This document shows positions 1 to 10,551 of a stretch of 64,000 bases of DNA, piece by piece. The stretch's first letter is position 1. Every line of letters starts with the position of its first letter. A program made the position numbers and the translations under genes. Source of the DNA: Oligoflexia bacterium (GTDB lineage: Bacteria > Bdellovibrionota > UBA1018); NCBI GenBank assembly GCA_963758495.1, contig CAVWVI010000003.1:1440001-1504000 (forward strand). The letters are read 5' to 3'. The notes under the pieces were generated by a model that was not told the origin of the DNA, ran no database searches, and was given only the letters and a program-made list of their open reading frames with translations.

Positions 1-1
1 A

Positions 2-1402
2 ATTCATCTTCGTGAAACGCTCCTGAACCATGTCGATGATCTTGTGACTTTGATTTCAGAAGAAAATGGGAAGCCCAATTACGAAGCAATGGTAAATGAA
101 ATTTTGCCCTGCCTTGATATGCTGACCCACTTTGCCAAACGAGCTCCAAAGTTACTCCAAAATCGCACTATCCCCTTGACCTTAATGAAACATCGAAAGA
201 GCTACCTAAACTACTGGCCATTGGGAGTGGTCGCCATCATTTCTCCTTGGAATTATCCTTTCTTGCTTCCTTTTGCGGAAATTCTCATGGCGATCGTGAG
301 TGGTAACGCGGTTGTCTTTAAACCCAGTGAAGCAACTCCTTTAATTGGGCTTAAGATACAAGAGCTCTGCAATGAAGCAGGTCTACCTCCCTATGTGCTT
401 CAGACCGTTATCGGGGATGGTTCCATCGGCGCTGCCATCATACAACAAAAACCCAATAAAATATTTTTTACTGGAAGTGTGGCAACAGGGAAAAAGATTA
501 TGGCTGCAGCCGCAGAATATCTCATTCCTGTCAATCTTGAACTTGGCGGAAAAGATGCCATGATTGTCCTTCCTGACGCTGATTTAGATTACGCTACCAG
601 TGCCGCCCTTTGGGGCGGCTTCAGCAACTCAGGACAAGTTTGCGCATCTACCGAGCGAATTTTGGTTCATGAACGAATTGCTCGCCCCTTTCTCGAACAA
701 CTGAAACTGAAAGTAGAAACCCTTCGCCAAGGTCCTTCACTCGATCGAAATAACGACCTAGGCCCACTCACCTACGAAAAACAAAAAGAAATCTACTCAC
801 GACAGTTGAACGAGGCTAAATCAAAACATGCACAGATTACTACCGGTGGCGACTTTTCTTCGAATCAGCGTTACCTTAAACCTACAATTGTGACTGGCTC
901 CGATATTGAAAAACTAGAAGTTTATAATGAAGAAACTTTTGGACCAGTGGTAGCCGTTTCGACGTTTAAATCCATTGCAGAAGCCATTGAGAAAGCCAAT
1001 AACAATAGATACGGGCTTTTGGCGAGTGTCATTACTAAAAACCTACCTCTCGGCGAGTCAATTGCAAAACAACTTGCAGTAGGAACAGTGACCATCAACG
1101 AAGTCGTTTATACTGCAGGATTAGGAGAAACACCCTGGGGAGGTGTGAAAGAGAGTGGATTTGGCCGTACTCACTCGGATATCGGAATTTATGAATTTGT
1201 GAACATACGGCACATACACAAACCCAAGTCTCAACTCTTTGTATTTAAATCTTTGTGGTGGTTTCCTTACACATCTTTTCAATACTCTACATTTAGACAC
1301 TTCCTTGAACTCTACAGAACAAGCTGGTGGCTTAAACTCAAAGCACTGCCCCACTTTTTATGGAATTTCGCAAATTTCATCAAACACGAAAAAAGAGTTT
1401 AG
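2..1402 (+). CDS. Aldehyde dehydrogenase family protein (5' truncated by window)
   Basis: ISPWNYP, FTGS, LELGGKD, catalytic Cys in GQVC, EETFGP and GGVKESGFGR motifs; frame is open back to base 2. Confidence 0.95.
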   Translation: MHLRETLLNHVDDLVTLISEENGKPNYEAMVNEILPCLDMLTHFAKRAPKLLQNRTIPLTLMKHRKSYLNYWPLGVVAIISPWNYPFLLPFAEILMAIVSGNAVVFKPSEATPLIGLKIQELCNEAGLPPYVLQTVIGDGSIGAAIIQQKPNKIFFTGSVATGKKIMAAAAEYLIPVNLELGGKDAMIVLPDADLDYATSAALWGGFSNSGQVCASTERILVHERIARPFLEQLKLKVETLRQGPSLDRNNDLGPLTYEKQKEIYSRQLNEAKSKHAQITTGGDFSSNQRYLKPTIVTGSDIEKLEVYNEETFGPVVAVSTFKSIAEAIEKANNNRYGLLASVITKNLPLGESIAKQLAVGTVTINEVVYTAGLGETPWGGVKESGFGRTHSDIGIYEFVNIRHIHKPKSQLFVFKSLWWFPYTSFQYSTFRHFLELYRTSWWLKLKALPHFLWNFANFIKHEKRV

Positions 1403-1422
1403 GCTCCACCAATAAACGCTTT

Positions 1423-2848
1423 TTACAATAGATTTTGTATCGCCTCTACAGCTTCTCGAATGACTGGATCATGATCCATGCCTGCTTCAATTTTACTACA
1501 TGCGTGTAAAATGGTGGTGTGATCTTTGCCGCCAAAATAACTACCAATCTCCTTGAAGCCAAGACCCGTGTACTTTCGCATGAGATACATCGCAATTTGT
1601 CTCGGAAGTGCTACAGCTCGAATTCGAGTAACAGACTTTAGGTCTTGAATTCTCAAATGGTAGTGCTTCGCCACTGCTTGTTGAATCGATTCGATTGTAA
1701 AATTAGACCCTTCATCAGGAACGGCCGTTTTCAACTCATGTTTTGCCATCTCGAGAGAAATTTCAGCTCCAGTCAATGATGCTTGAGCTTGAAGCCGAAT
1801 TAAAACACCTTCTAACTCACGAACATTAGACTTAATATAAGAAGCTAAAAAAGTCGCGACATCATCTGGAAGATAGATATCATCTCGCTCTGCTTTCGCT
1901 TTAAGAATCGCAATTCTGAGTTTCAATTTCGGGAGGGCTAATATCGGCGACTAAACCCCACTCAAATCGAGTCCTCACACGCTCTTCCAATCCTTCAATT
2001 TCCTTCGGAGGCCGATCACTTGAAACCACGATTTGCCTCTTTGAGCTATGGAGTGCATTAAAAGTATGAAAAAACTCTTCCTCACTGGTGTTTTTGCCTG
2101 CAATAAATTGAATATCGTCGATCAAAATCATGTCGTAACTGTCGCGATACTTCGCTCTAAATTGTGGCATCCGCCTATGCTGTAAAGAATCAATGAGCTC
2201 ATTCACAAATTTTTCAGCTGAAAGGTAGGCCACCCGTGCATTTGGGTTTTGTGCGAGCAAGCGATTTCCAATTGCATGAAGTAAATGCGTTTTTCCTAAT
2301 CCAGGAGGGCTATAAAGGAAAAGGGGATTGTATTGGCGTGCAGGCTGTTCAGCTACCGCAACTGCAGTTGCATGCGCAAATTGATTACTCGCACCCACAA
2401 CGAAACTATCAAAAGTATATCGAAGATCCGGATAATCGTTACCCGATCGAAGACTGGTATGCACTACCCCAGGCGCTGAAGTGACTAATGGAGTGCCGCC
2501 TGAGGACTGAGGGGCGGATATCTGAAAGTCTTGTTCGATCAGGTTAAATTTAAAATCCTTTATAATTTCTTTCACTTGAAGCTGTAGCTCACAGGGTGAG
2601 CCTGCCACTTGTGCAAGAGCGCCCTCAATGGCTTTTTGATAATGATCTCGCACCCATTGGGCCGAAAAGTCATTAGGGGCAGCCATGACTGCTTTATGGC
2701 CATTTTGAACTTGCTCTATCTCCAGCAATTCCAATGGATAGATCCACGCATGGAACTGGTTGGGTACCACCGTCTGCTCTAAAAGACGACAAGCAGCCTG
2801 CCATAATTCGGGCAGTTGCCCTGTGTTGAAGTGAATTGAATTATTCAT
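1423..2848 (-). CDS. dnaA: Chromosomal replication initiator DnaA, split by a +1 frameshift near 1918-1921
   Basis: YNPLFLY..PGLGKTHL Walker A, LIDDIQF Walker B, EEFFHTFN in ORF 1901..2890; SNVRELEG and FGGKDHTT in ORF 1423..1926; ATG at 2848 taken as start. Confidence 0.95.
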
Positions 2849-2946
2849 AGCCGAACTAATTGAACTAACATGAGGGCTTCTACTTGACAATGAGCCTTCT
2901 CTCCGATAATTCCTTTTGATCTTATTTTTTTGGAGCTTTATTTAAT

Positions 2947-3096
2947 ATGAAAAGAACTCTTCAGCCTAGCAGAACAAAACGTCGTCGTCGGCACGGCTTT
3001 CGCGCCCGTATGAAAACAGCCACTGGACAGCAAGTCTTAAATAGACGCAGAGCCAAAGGCCGTAAACGCTTAACTGTATCAGTTGCAGGCAAGTAA
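2947..3096 (+). CDS. rpmH: 50S ribosomal protein L34
   Basis: Manual translation [49 protein letters not shown]; divergent from dnaA. Confidence 0.97.
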   Translation: MKRTLQPSRTKRRRRHGFRARMKTATGQQVLNRRRAKGRKRLTVSVAGK

Positions 3097-3464
3097 TTAC
3101 GACTTCTCAAGTTCGCTCTCAAGCCTTAACTACTCAGCGACGACTCCATTACTCATGGGAGTACAAGCTTTTTTTTAACCAGAGTCAGGTTTTTAGACTT
3201 TCTGAATGCACTGTATTTAGAATTAAGAACAATCTGAGCCACTTCCGGTTAGGAATTACTTTAAAAGCTCGAGGTTCGTCCGTAGATAGGAATAAGGTTA
3301 AAAGGCAAATTCGGGAATCATTCCGAATCCAAGGTGAATCTCTGGGATCATTTGATTATAATGTGGTCATCCCAGGCACTAAGAAAATGGGGTTTCCTTA
3401 TCCGAATCGCCTGGGAAAGTGTTTGCGAGGGCAGTTGATCCATGCGGTCTCCTCAAGCCGTTAG
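3096..3464 (+). CDS. rnpA: Ribonuclease P protein component (no canonical start codon seen; ATT at 3096 proposed)
   Basis: Manual translation contains [28 protein letters not shown] (RNR motif region); lies between rpmH and yidD. Confidence 0.88.
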   Translation: MTTSQVRSQALTTQRRLHYSWEYKLFFNQSQVFRLSECTVFRIKNNLSHFRLGITLKARGSSVDRNKVKRQIRESFRIQGESLGSFDYNVVIPGTKKMGFPYPNRLGKCLRGQLIHAVSSSR

Positions 3465-3753
3465 GTCCTTTGTCCTGAGAAGGATTTTCGGCATTTATCA
3501 GCTTGTTATTTCACCTCTTTTTCATCTCATTTCTGGCCCCTCTATGGGCTGCCGTTTTGTTCCCTCTTGCAGTCAATATGGAGAAGAAGCGCTCCGGACT
3601 CATGGTTTTTTTAAGGGGATGGGGCTCCTCATAAAAAGAATTTCTCGATGCCAACCGTTTGCTAGGGCTGGCTTTGACCCCGTACCTCATGTTATAGCGA
3701 AGTTTCACTTAAACCCCAATCCTGAGTTAGGGAAGGTAAAGCATGGATCGTAA
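3442..3753 (+). CDS. yidD: Membrane protein insertion efficiency factor YidD
   Basis: [32 protein letters not shown]; synteny. Confidence 0.95.
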   Translation: MRSPQAVRSFVLRRIFGIYQLVISPLFHLISGPSMGCRFVPSCSQYGEEALRTHGFFKGMGLLIKRISRCQPFARAGFDPVPHVIAKFHLNPNPELGKVKHGS

Positions 3754-5302
3754 GACCATTTTAGCAGTTGTATTATGTTTTCTTATTTATACGGGTTGGC
3801 AAAAGTTTATTCTTGAGCCAAGATTTCCTCATCAGACGCAACTTGCTCCAGTCACAAGTCAAAATGAAAGCGTATCTGATCAGGCGATCACAAGCCATTC
3901 TAAGACGGTCGAAGCGACACAGCCTGAACCCATCCGCCACGCACCTCAATCTGTGACCTTGCCTACATCGATTGGACAGGCTGTTCTAGGTGATGCGGGT
4001 CAGTTTTTTGTGGGTTGGAATCTAAAGGGCTATAAACTCAATATTTCTAAAAATGCTGCAGCCGTGGACATGCACTCGGTTACAAATGAACAAGGTGAAA
4101 TGAGCCTGGCTTTTGATGAACCCAGCTTCGCTTACCTCAATGACGTACAAGGCACTCTCACTTCCACTCCACAAGGGGCAAAATGGACTTTTGATGATGC
4201 CAATGTAAAACTCTCTCGAGAAATCGTATCCTCGGAACAAAAGCCTTATATAGATATGGTTGTTAAAGCAGAATTTAAAGGCAAACGGCCTAAATTTGCT
4301 TTTATTTCCCTTTCAGGCCAAGGGATCGATAAAGATCCAGAAGCTCAAGATCGCCAACTCTCCTACTGGACTAATCAATCTCTTGAACGGGTACCTCTTA
4401 AAGACACCCTCAGCCAAAAGGAAGTTGCAACTCCTGTTAAGTATATTGCTGCTACCAACCGTTACTTCATCATGTCTGTCCTTTCACAGACTCAAACTGA
4501 ACCTAACGGACTCATTCAGCCTTTAGGGTTCAATGCCGGTCGCATCAGTCTAGTTTATTCCGTATCCGAAAATTCAATTACTATTCCTTTGCGTGTCTAT
4601 TTCGGCCCAAAGGAACTCGATCTTCTTCGACAAGTCGATTCTTCTCTCGATCACACCGTCGACTTTGGGTGGTTTACGATTTTTGCTTATCCCTTACTTA
4701 AAATTCTGAAGTGGCTTTATCAGTTTGTCCAAAACTACGGTGTTGCAATTATATTCTTAACGCTCATGCTCAAAATCGTTACCTATCCACTCACTTACAA
4801 GAGCATGAAAAGCATGAAGAAAATGGCTAAACTTCAGCCACAGCTACAAAAAATTCGCGAAAAGCATAAAGACGATAAAGAAGCATTGAATCGCGAAATG
4901 CTCACCATCATGAAAACCCATGGCTACAACCCAATGGCGGGTTGTCTTCCTATGCTCATTCAGATGCCTATCTTTTTTGCTCTCTATCGAGTTCTTTATA
5001 GCTCAATTGAGCTTTATCATGCTCCTTTTGCTTTATGGATTCAGGATTTGTCCAGTCGTGACCCTTTTTATGTCACGCCCATTCTTCTGTCTTTGACCAT
5101 GTTTGTCCAACAGAAATTGACGCCGAATACAGCAACTGACCCTGCACAAGCCAGAATGATGCAGTTCATGCCCCTCATTTTTGGAGCATTCATGATTGCC
5201 CTCCCTTCAGGCCTCACTATTTATATGTTGGTGAATGCTCTCGCAAGTATTGTGCAGCAGATGATTCTGAACAAAAAGCTTGATGTTACGCCAGCGAGAT
5301 AA
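3743..5302 (+). CDS. yidC: Membrane protein insertase YidC
   Basis: [33 protein letters not shown] motifs. Confidence 0.97.
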   Translation: MDRKTILAVVLCFLIYTGWQKFILEPRFPHQTQLAPVTSQNESVSDQAITSHSKTVEATQPEPIRHAPQSVTLPTSIGQAVLGDAGQFFVGWNLKGYKLNISKNAAAVDMHSVTNEQGEMSLAFDEPSFAYLNDVQGTLTSTPQGAKWTFDDANVKLSREIVSSEQKPYIDMVVKAEFKGKRPKFAFISLSGQGIDKDPEAQDRQLSYWTNQSLERVPLKDTLSQKEVATPVKYIAATNRYFIMSVLSQTQTEPNGLIQPLGFNAGRISLVYSVSENSITIPLRVYFGPKELDLLRQVDSSLDHTVDFGWFTIFAYPLLKILKWLYQFVQNYGVAIIFLTLMLKIVTYPLTYKSMKSMKKMAKLQPQLQKIREKHKDDKEALNREMLTIMKTHGYNPMAGCLPMLIQMPIFFALYRVLYSSIELYHAPFALWIQDLSSRDPFYVTPILLSLTMFVQQKLTPNTATDPAQARMMQFMPLIFGAFMIALPSGLTIYMLVNALASIVQQMILNKKLDVTPAR

Positions 5303-6707
5303 GTCGGGATATCTATCAGAAGACACGATTGCGGCTATCGCAACCGAAGTCGGGGGAGCCATTTCAATTGTAAGAGTAAGTGGTCCCCTAGCCTTCTCTT
5401 CTCTAGATCGAGTGACTCAATCCACTCTTTCTAGTCTTTCCGAACCTCGCAAACTCATTCGCTCTCATCTCTTTCTTGAGACGGGTGAACCCCTAGACGA
5501 CGCGTTGTTTACACGTTTTGTGCAACCGCAAAGTTATACAGGCGAAGACCTGGTTGAATACCATCTTCACGGAAGCCCTTTTATTGCTCAACGCTTGATG
5601 GAAACCCTGGCTTCATTCCAAGTGCGTCAAGCCCTCCCTGGTGAGTTCAGCTTTCGAGGGGTGCGTAATGGCAAAATGACTTTGCTTCAAGCAGAAGCTG
5701 TTGCGGATCTAATTTCTTCTTCAAATGAAGGTGCGGTTTCACTCGCCTTAGAGAAGATGTCGGGCTCACAGAATCAACTCTTAGAGGAATTAGCAGCTAC
5801 TTTACGAAAGATGGCGGTCCTAAGCGAGGTAGGAATTGACTTCTCAGATCAAGACATTGAAGAAGTTTCACTTCCTCATTTAAAAAAGAAAATTGAACCC
5901 ATCATTCTGCTCTTAAAAAACTTGCATGGCAGTTATTCGCGTGGTTTCCGACTCCAAGATGGAATTAGAATCGCATTTATAGGTCTCCCCAATGTAGGAA
6001 AATCCAGTTTCTTTAACGCGATTTTAGGCGAAGATCGATCCATTGTATCAGACATTGCAGGAACCACTCGAGACGTAGTCCGAGAACGCCTCACCCTTCG
6101 TGGAAAGAAAAAAACAGTCACACTCCGGCTTGAAGATACTGCAGGCCTTCGAATGACTGATCATCCAATTGAAAAAATGGGCATTGATCGTACCCATAAA
6201 GCCATTCAAGAAGCAGATCTCATTCTCTTTATGGTGGACCCTACTTCTTCTTTCGAAGCGACAAAAGAGCAATGGCTTCTCCTAACACAATCCGCAACTC
6301 AAACTCTTGTTCCAAAAACTCTCGGTGTCCTCACTAAATGTGACTGCGTCAGTTCAGAGCAACTGACTCAATTCCTCCAAAAGACCCAGATCTTTGGTAT
6401 TCAAAAATGGGTTTCAACTTCATCTCTCACAGGCATGGGCATTCAAGAAGCCATAGAGACCGTCATTGAACTCTGTGAGCAATGGACACATCGAGCCCCA
6501 GGAGAGATTCTTCTCACTCGACTCGATCATCTCACTGCAGTCAGTGCTGCACTTGAGCATCTACAAAGAGCTCAGCTGACTTCAGAAATAGACTTATTTG
6601 CGGCTGATATTCGCCAAGCACTCCACGAGTTGAGCATTCTTATTGGAGACACCCCCCCAGATGATATTTTAGGAAAGATTTTTTCTGATTTTTGTATTGG
6701 AAAATAG
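5280..6707 (+). CDS. mnmE: tRNA modification GTPase MnmE (TrmE)
   Basis: DTIAAIAT, SYTGED, GLPNVGKSS, GTTRD, DTAG, C-terminal FCIGK. Confidence 0.97.
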   Translation: MMLRQRDKSGYLSEDTIAAIATEVGGAISIVRVSGPLAFSSLDRVTQSTLSSLSEPRKLIRSHLFLETGEPLDDALFTRFVQPQSYTGEDLVEYHLHGSPFIAQRLMETLASFQVRQALPGEFSFRGVRNGKMTLLQAEAVADLISSSNEGAVSLALEKMSGSQNQLLEELAATLRKMAVLSEVGIDFSDQDIEEVSLPHLKKKIEPIILLLKNLHGSYSRGFRLQDGIRIAFIGLPNVGKSSFFNAILGEDRSIVSDIAGTTRDVVRERLTLRGKKKTVTLRLEDTAGLRMTDHPIEKMGIDRTHKAIQEADLILFMVDPTSSFEATKEQWLLLTQSATQTLVPKTLGVLTKCDCVSSEQLTQFLQKTQIFGIQKWVSTSSLTGMGIQEAIETVIELCEQWTHRAPGEILLTRLDHLTAVSAALEHLQRAQLTSEIDLFAADIRQALHELSILIGDTPPDDILGKIFSDFCIGK

Positions 6708-6754
6708 CTTGGTTTTTGGGCAAATGGATTCGCAGTAACTTAAAGGGGTGCTCT

Positions 6755-7615
6755 ATGACGCTTGATGGTATTCAAATTGGTATTCTAGGAGCTGGACAAA
6801 TGGGCGCTGGAATCGCTCAAACAGCATCTCAATTTGGTTTTAATGTGCTTTTGGCAGATATGAATTCTGAAATCACAGAAAAGGCTAAAAAAGGGATTGA
6901 AGCTCAACTTCAGAAGCAAATTGAAAAGGGAAAGCTTTCAGAAAAAGAAAAGCCGCTCATTTTAGATAGAATACAGACCGTCAAAGGAATGAAGGACCTA
7001 TCTCAGGCAGGACTCGTGATTGAAGCAGTAACGGAGAAACCTGACTTGAAGTTTCAGCTATTTCGTCAACTGGATGAAATTTGTTCGCCTCAGACCCTCC
7101 TGGCGTCAAATACCTCTTCAATTAGCATTACAGCCATCGCCGCTCAAACGAAGCGCCCTGAAATGGTAGCAGGAATTCACTTTATGAATCCGGTACCGAT
7201 CATGAAGCTAGTAGAAGGAATTCGGGGGCTTCAAACATCTGATGAAACATTTAAAATAGTCAGATCCGTGGCTGAAAAAATGGGAAAAGTATTTATTGAA
7301 GCCAAAGATCAACCTGGTTTTGCAGTGAATCGCATTTTAATGCCCATGATCAATGAAGCAATCACGGCTCTGAACGAAGGAATCGCTTCTGCCGAAGATA
7401 TTGATACCGCCATGAAACTAGGCACCAACCAACCCATGGGGCCCTTGGCTTTAGCAGACTTTATTGGCTTAGATACTTGTTTAGCCATTATGGAAGTCTT
7501 ACACCAAGGATTAGGCGATTCGAAATACCGTCCCTCTCCCCTTTTGAAACAATATGTCGCAGCTCATTGGCTCGGTCGAAAAACCAAACGAGGATTTTAT
7601 CGCTATGACACTTAA
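6755..7615 (+). CDS. hbd: 3-hydroxybutyryl-CoA / 3-hydroxyacyl-CoA dehydrogenase
   Basis: GAGQMGAGIA, ASNTSSISIT, HFMNPVP, PMGPLALADFIGLD. Confidence 0.92.
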   Translation: MTLDGIQIGILGAGQMGAGIAQTASQFGFNVLLADMNSEITEKAKKGIEAQLQKQIEKGKLSEKEKPLILDRIQTVKGMKDLSQAGLVIEAVTEKPDLKFQLFRQLDEICSPQTLLASNTSSISITAIAAQTKRPEMVAGIHFMNPVPIMKLVEGIRGLQTSDETFKIVRSVAEKMGKVFIEAKDQPGFAVNRILMPMINEAITALNEGIASAEDIDTAMKLGTNQPMGPLALADFIGLDTCLAIMEVLHQGLGDSKYRPSPLLKQYVAAHWLGRKTKRGFYRYDT

Positions 7616-8393
7616 TCATCTCATTCTAGAAGCCGTACAACCAGGAATTCGGATTATTAAAATTTCAAGACCTCACGCTCTGAATGCTTTAAACACAGAA
7701 GCTCTAAAGGAATTGAAAGAAGTTTTGATTCAAGAATCCCACGATCCGACTACAAGAGTGATTATTTTAACGGGTGATGGCGAGAAAGCATTTATTGCAG
7801 GAGCAGACATTACAGAAATGAGCGGAAAATCCGTCCGTGAGGGAGTTGAATTTGCTCAACTCGGTCATGAAGTGACCAAACTTCTAGAATTGATGCCCAA
7901 ACCTACGATCGCGGCTGTGAATGGCTTTGCCTTAGGTGGAGGCACGGAAATGGCAATCGCCTGTGATTTTATCCTAGCGAGTGATACTGCTATCTTTGGC
8001 CAACCTGAAGTGGGTTTAGGAATTATCCCAGGTTTTGGGGGCACTCTTCGACTTGCTAAATTTATTGGCCTACCCCGCGCAAAAGAACTGATTTTTTCTG
8101 CTCGAAGAGTTAAGGCTGAAGAGGCTTTCGCGATTGGCTTAGTCAGTCATGTTTTTCCTCAGCAAGAATTTATGGCTCGAGTCTTAGATTTGGCAAAAAC
8201 AATCAGTTCTCAATCGATAACAGCGATTGCGAGAGCAAAACAGTTGCTCAATGAATTCTCTGAGTCTGCTGGTCTTAATTTTAAATTAGACGCAGAAGCT
8301 CAAGCATTTGGAAGACTGTTCGAAAGTCCTGACCAGAGTGAAGGCATGACTGCATTTATTGAAAAACGTAAACCGCATTTTCAGGGATTATAA
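7605..8393 (+). CDS. Enoyl-CoA hydratase (crotonase)
   Basis: AFIAGADI, AVNGFALGGGTE, FGQPEVGLGIIPGFGG. Confidence 0.93.
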   Translation: MTLNHLILEAVQPGIRIIKISRPHALNALNTEALKELKEVLIQESHDPTTRVIILTGDGEKAFIAGADITEMSGKSVREGVEFAQLGHEVTKLLELMPKPTIAAVNGFALGGGTEMAIACDFILASDTAIFGQPEVGLGIIPGFGGTLRLAKFIGLPRAKELIFSARRVKAEEAFAIGLVSHVFPQQEFMARVLDLAKTISSQSITAIARAKQLLNEFSESAGLNFKLDAEAQAFGRLFESPDQSEGMTAFIEKRKPHFQGL

Positions 8394-8395
8394 TT

Positions 8396-9559
8396 ATGAT
8401 GCTCTATGGATGGCCAGAAACCGACGAATCAAAAAAACTTCTTATTGAACAAGTGCGATCTTTCGCTCAGGAAAAAATACTTCCTCAAGCCAAAGAACTC
8501 GATGAGACTGGCACATTCCCGACCGAAATTATAAAGCAACTAGGTGAGATGGGAATGATGGGAATGATGGTACCTGAACAATGGGGTGGTTCCGGTATGG
8601 ATACCGTCTCTTATGCGATTGCCCTGGAAGAAATCGCGGCTGCTTGTGCATCCACCGCAGTCATTATGTCAGTAAATAACTCGTTGGTTTGCTCCCCCAT
8701 CCTCAAATTTGGAAATGACTACCAAAAACAGAAATTTCTAACTCCTCTCGCAAAAGGGGAGAAATTAGGCTGTTTTGCTCTTTCTGAGCCAGGTCATGGT
8801 TCAGACCCTGCCGGCCTCGAATGCCAAGCAACACCTGTTTCAGGAGGCTACACGCTTCGTGGAACTAAAAATTGGATTACCAGCGGCAAAGAAGCAGACT
8901 ATTGTATAGTTTTCGCAACCGTAGATAAAAACCTGGGTCATAAAGGAATTTGTGCCTTTATCGTAGATACTCATTCAGAAGGTTTTCAAGTTTCAAAGCT
9001 CGAAGACAAATTAGGAATTACGGCTTCCTCTACAGCACAACTGTTTTTCGATGACGTATGGGTTCCTAACGAATGTTTATTAGGAAAAGTAGGCGAAGGA
9101 TTTAAAATCGCTCTTTCAACTTTGGATGGAGGACGAATCGGTATTGCATCACAAGCCTTAGGTATTGCGAGATCTGCATTTGACGCATCGAAAAAATTTG
9201 CATTAGAGCGCGAACAATTTGGAGCACCCATTGCAAAACTTCAAGCCATCCAGTGGTTTATTGCTGATATGGCAACTCGCCTTCAAAGCGCGCGCCTTCT
9301 CACTTGGGCAGCAGCCAAAGGACGAGATTCTGGATCTCCGTATACAAAAGAAGCTGCAATGGCTAAATTAGCCGCATCTGAAGCCGCAATGTGGATCACA
9401 ACCAAAGCGATCCAAGTGCATGGCGGTTATGGTTACACGAAAGAGTATGTTGTAGAGAGAAACTTTCGCGACGCAAAAATTACTGAGATCTACGAAGGAA
9501 CATCGGAAATTCAAAGAATCGTCATTGCCGCTCAAGAATTTGCTGAAACCGCTCGCTAG
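8396..9559 (+). CDS. Short-chain acyl-CoA (butyryl-CoA-type) dehydrogenase
   Basis: GCFALSEPGHGSD, KNWIT, LDGGRIGIA, IQVHGGYGY, IYEGTSEIQR. Confidence 0.95.
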   Translation: MMLYGWPETDESKKLLIEQVRSFAQEKILPQAKELDETGTFPTEIIKQLGEMGMMGMMVPEQWGGSGMDTVSYAIALEEIAAACASTAVIMSVNNSLVCSPILKFGNDYQKQKFLTPLAKGEKLGCFALSEPGHGSDPAGLECQATPVSGGYTLRGTKNWITSGKEADYCIVFATVDKNLGHKGICAFIVDTHSEGFQVSKLEDKLGITASSTAQLFFDDVWVPNECLLGKVGEGFKIALSTLDGGRIGIASQALGIARSAFDASKKFALEREQFGAPIAKLQAIQWFIADMATRLQSARLLTWAAAKGRDSGSPYTKEAAMAKLAASEAAMWITTKAIQVHGGYGYTKEYVVERNFRDAKITEIYEGTSEIQRIVIAAQEFAETAR

Positions 9560-9611
9560 GAAAAGGGACGGCGCAGCATCCTCCCTAGGTACTCAACTTC
9601 ACCAGAAACCG

Positions 9612-9640
9612 TTTTGATATCCCAATTTGGGATATCAAAA
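9612..9640. repeat. Perfect 29-bp palindrome TTTTGATATCCCAA-T-TTGGGATATCAAAA, same family as the array at 20626-21119
   Basis: 14-bp arms read directly; + frame reads LISQFGISKMESHGERQNPPF, resembling the ORF6N LxSQFxxSxxxHGGRR region. Confidence 0.85.
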
Positions 9641-9925
9641 ATGGAATCTCACGGTGAACGACAAAACCCCCCTTTCTTCAGACGGGTAAGAACAAGTACT
9701 TAAACGAACTACGCAAAGAGAGTAGTTTAGCCTCTAAAGTCTACGACTTCCACCGCCTTAAATGACACTTTAAGTATGTTCAAAAAGTATCTTTGCGACC
9801 TTATTAAATTCATACAAATTAGTCAAATATCCAATTTAAAATCAGATAAATTTAGTCAACAATTTATTACAAAAATCGCCTTAACTTCGAAAATACTAAA
9901 AATTATTACTCAGGTACCGTTTTTT

Positions 9926-10410
9926 TGTGGATAAGTCTGTGGATAAGTGTGTGGATAACTTTTCGTCAAAAAACTTATCCACAAGTTATCCACAGGGTTA
10001 TCCACAAGTTATCCACATCTTACACAAGATGTTTGTCTATAATATCAATACCTTATAAAGTTATCCACATCTTACACAATTTCTATCCCGAATGGAATAT
10101 TTGATTAGTTAACTTTATTACTAGGTCTTTGTGGATAACTCTAAAAAATGACCTCAAAAAATGGCTGTTTTTAGTCAATACATGACTACCCATATCAGGT
10201 AAAAAAGTTATCCACAAAATCGTGTGGATAAGTGTGTGGATAACTTTTTTTTAGGGGTAAAATAAAGTTATCCACAAAATTGAAAAAGTTATCCACAGAC
10301 TTATCCACAAAGTTATCCACATGGTTTCTATATTAATTTCAATAAGTTAAGTGAGTTATCCACTTATCCACACGCCCTACTACTACTACTGTCTTAATAT
10401 ATATATAATT
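9926..10410. promoter_or_regulatory. oriC: Chromosomal replication origin oriC
   Basis: 17 perfect TTATCCACA/TGTGGATAA boxes counted between 9926 and 10372; last box followed by CGCCC, TACTACTACTACT trios (10378-10390) and an AT-rich run; directly upstream of dnaN. Confidence 0.95.
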
Positions 10411-10551
10411 CTTAAGAGGGGGGCCGGGATAAAACGTTAAAAAATTGATCACAAATAAAACCCAACTCTTTTCTAACGCTATCAAGAGTATGTAGATTAC
10501 AAACTAGAAATGGGCTAAGATAAGCACCGATAAGAAAGGACTGCCTGAGCC

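Noticed and set aside
2884..2910. Sigma70 promoter for rpmH (TTGACA..GATAAT)
   Set aside because: Spacer is only 15 bp; cannot be supported from sequence alone.
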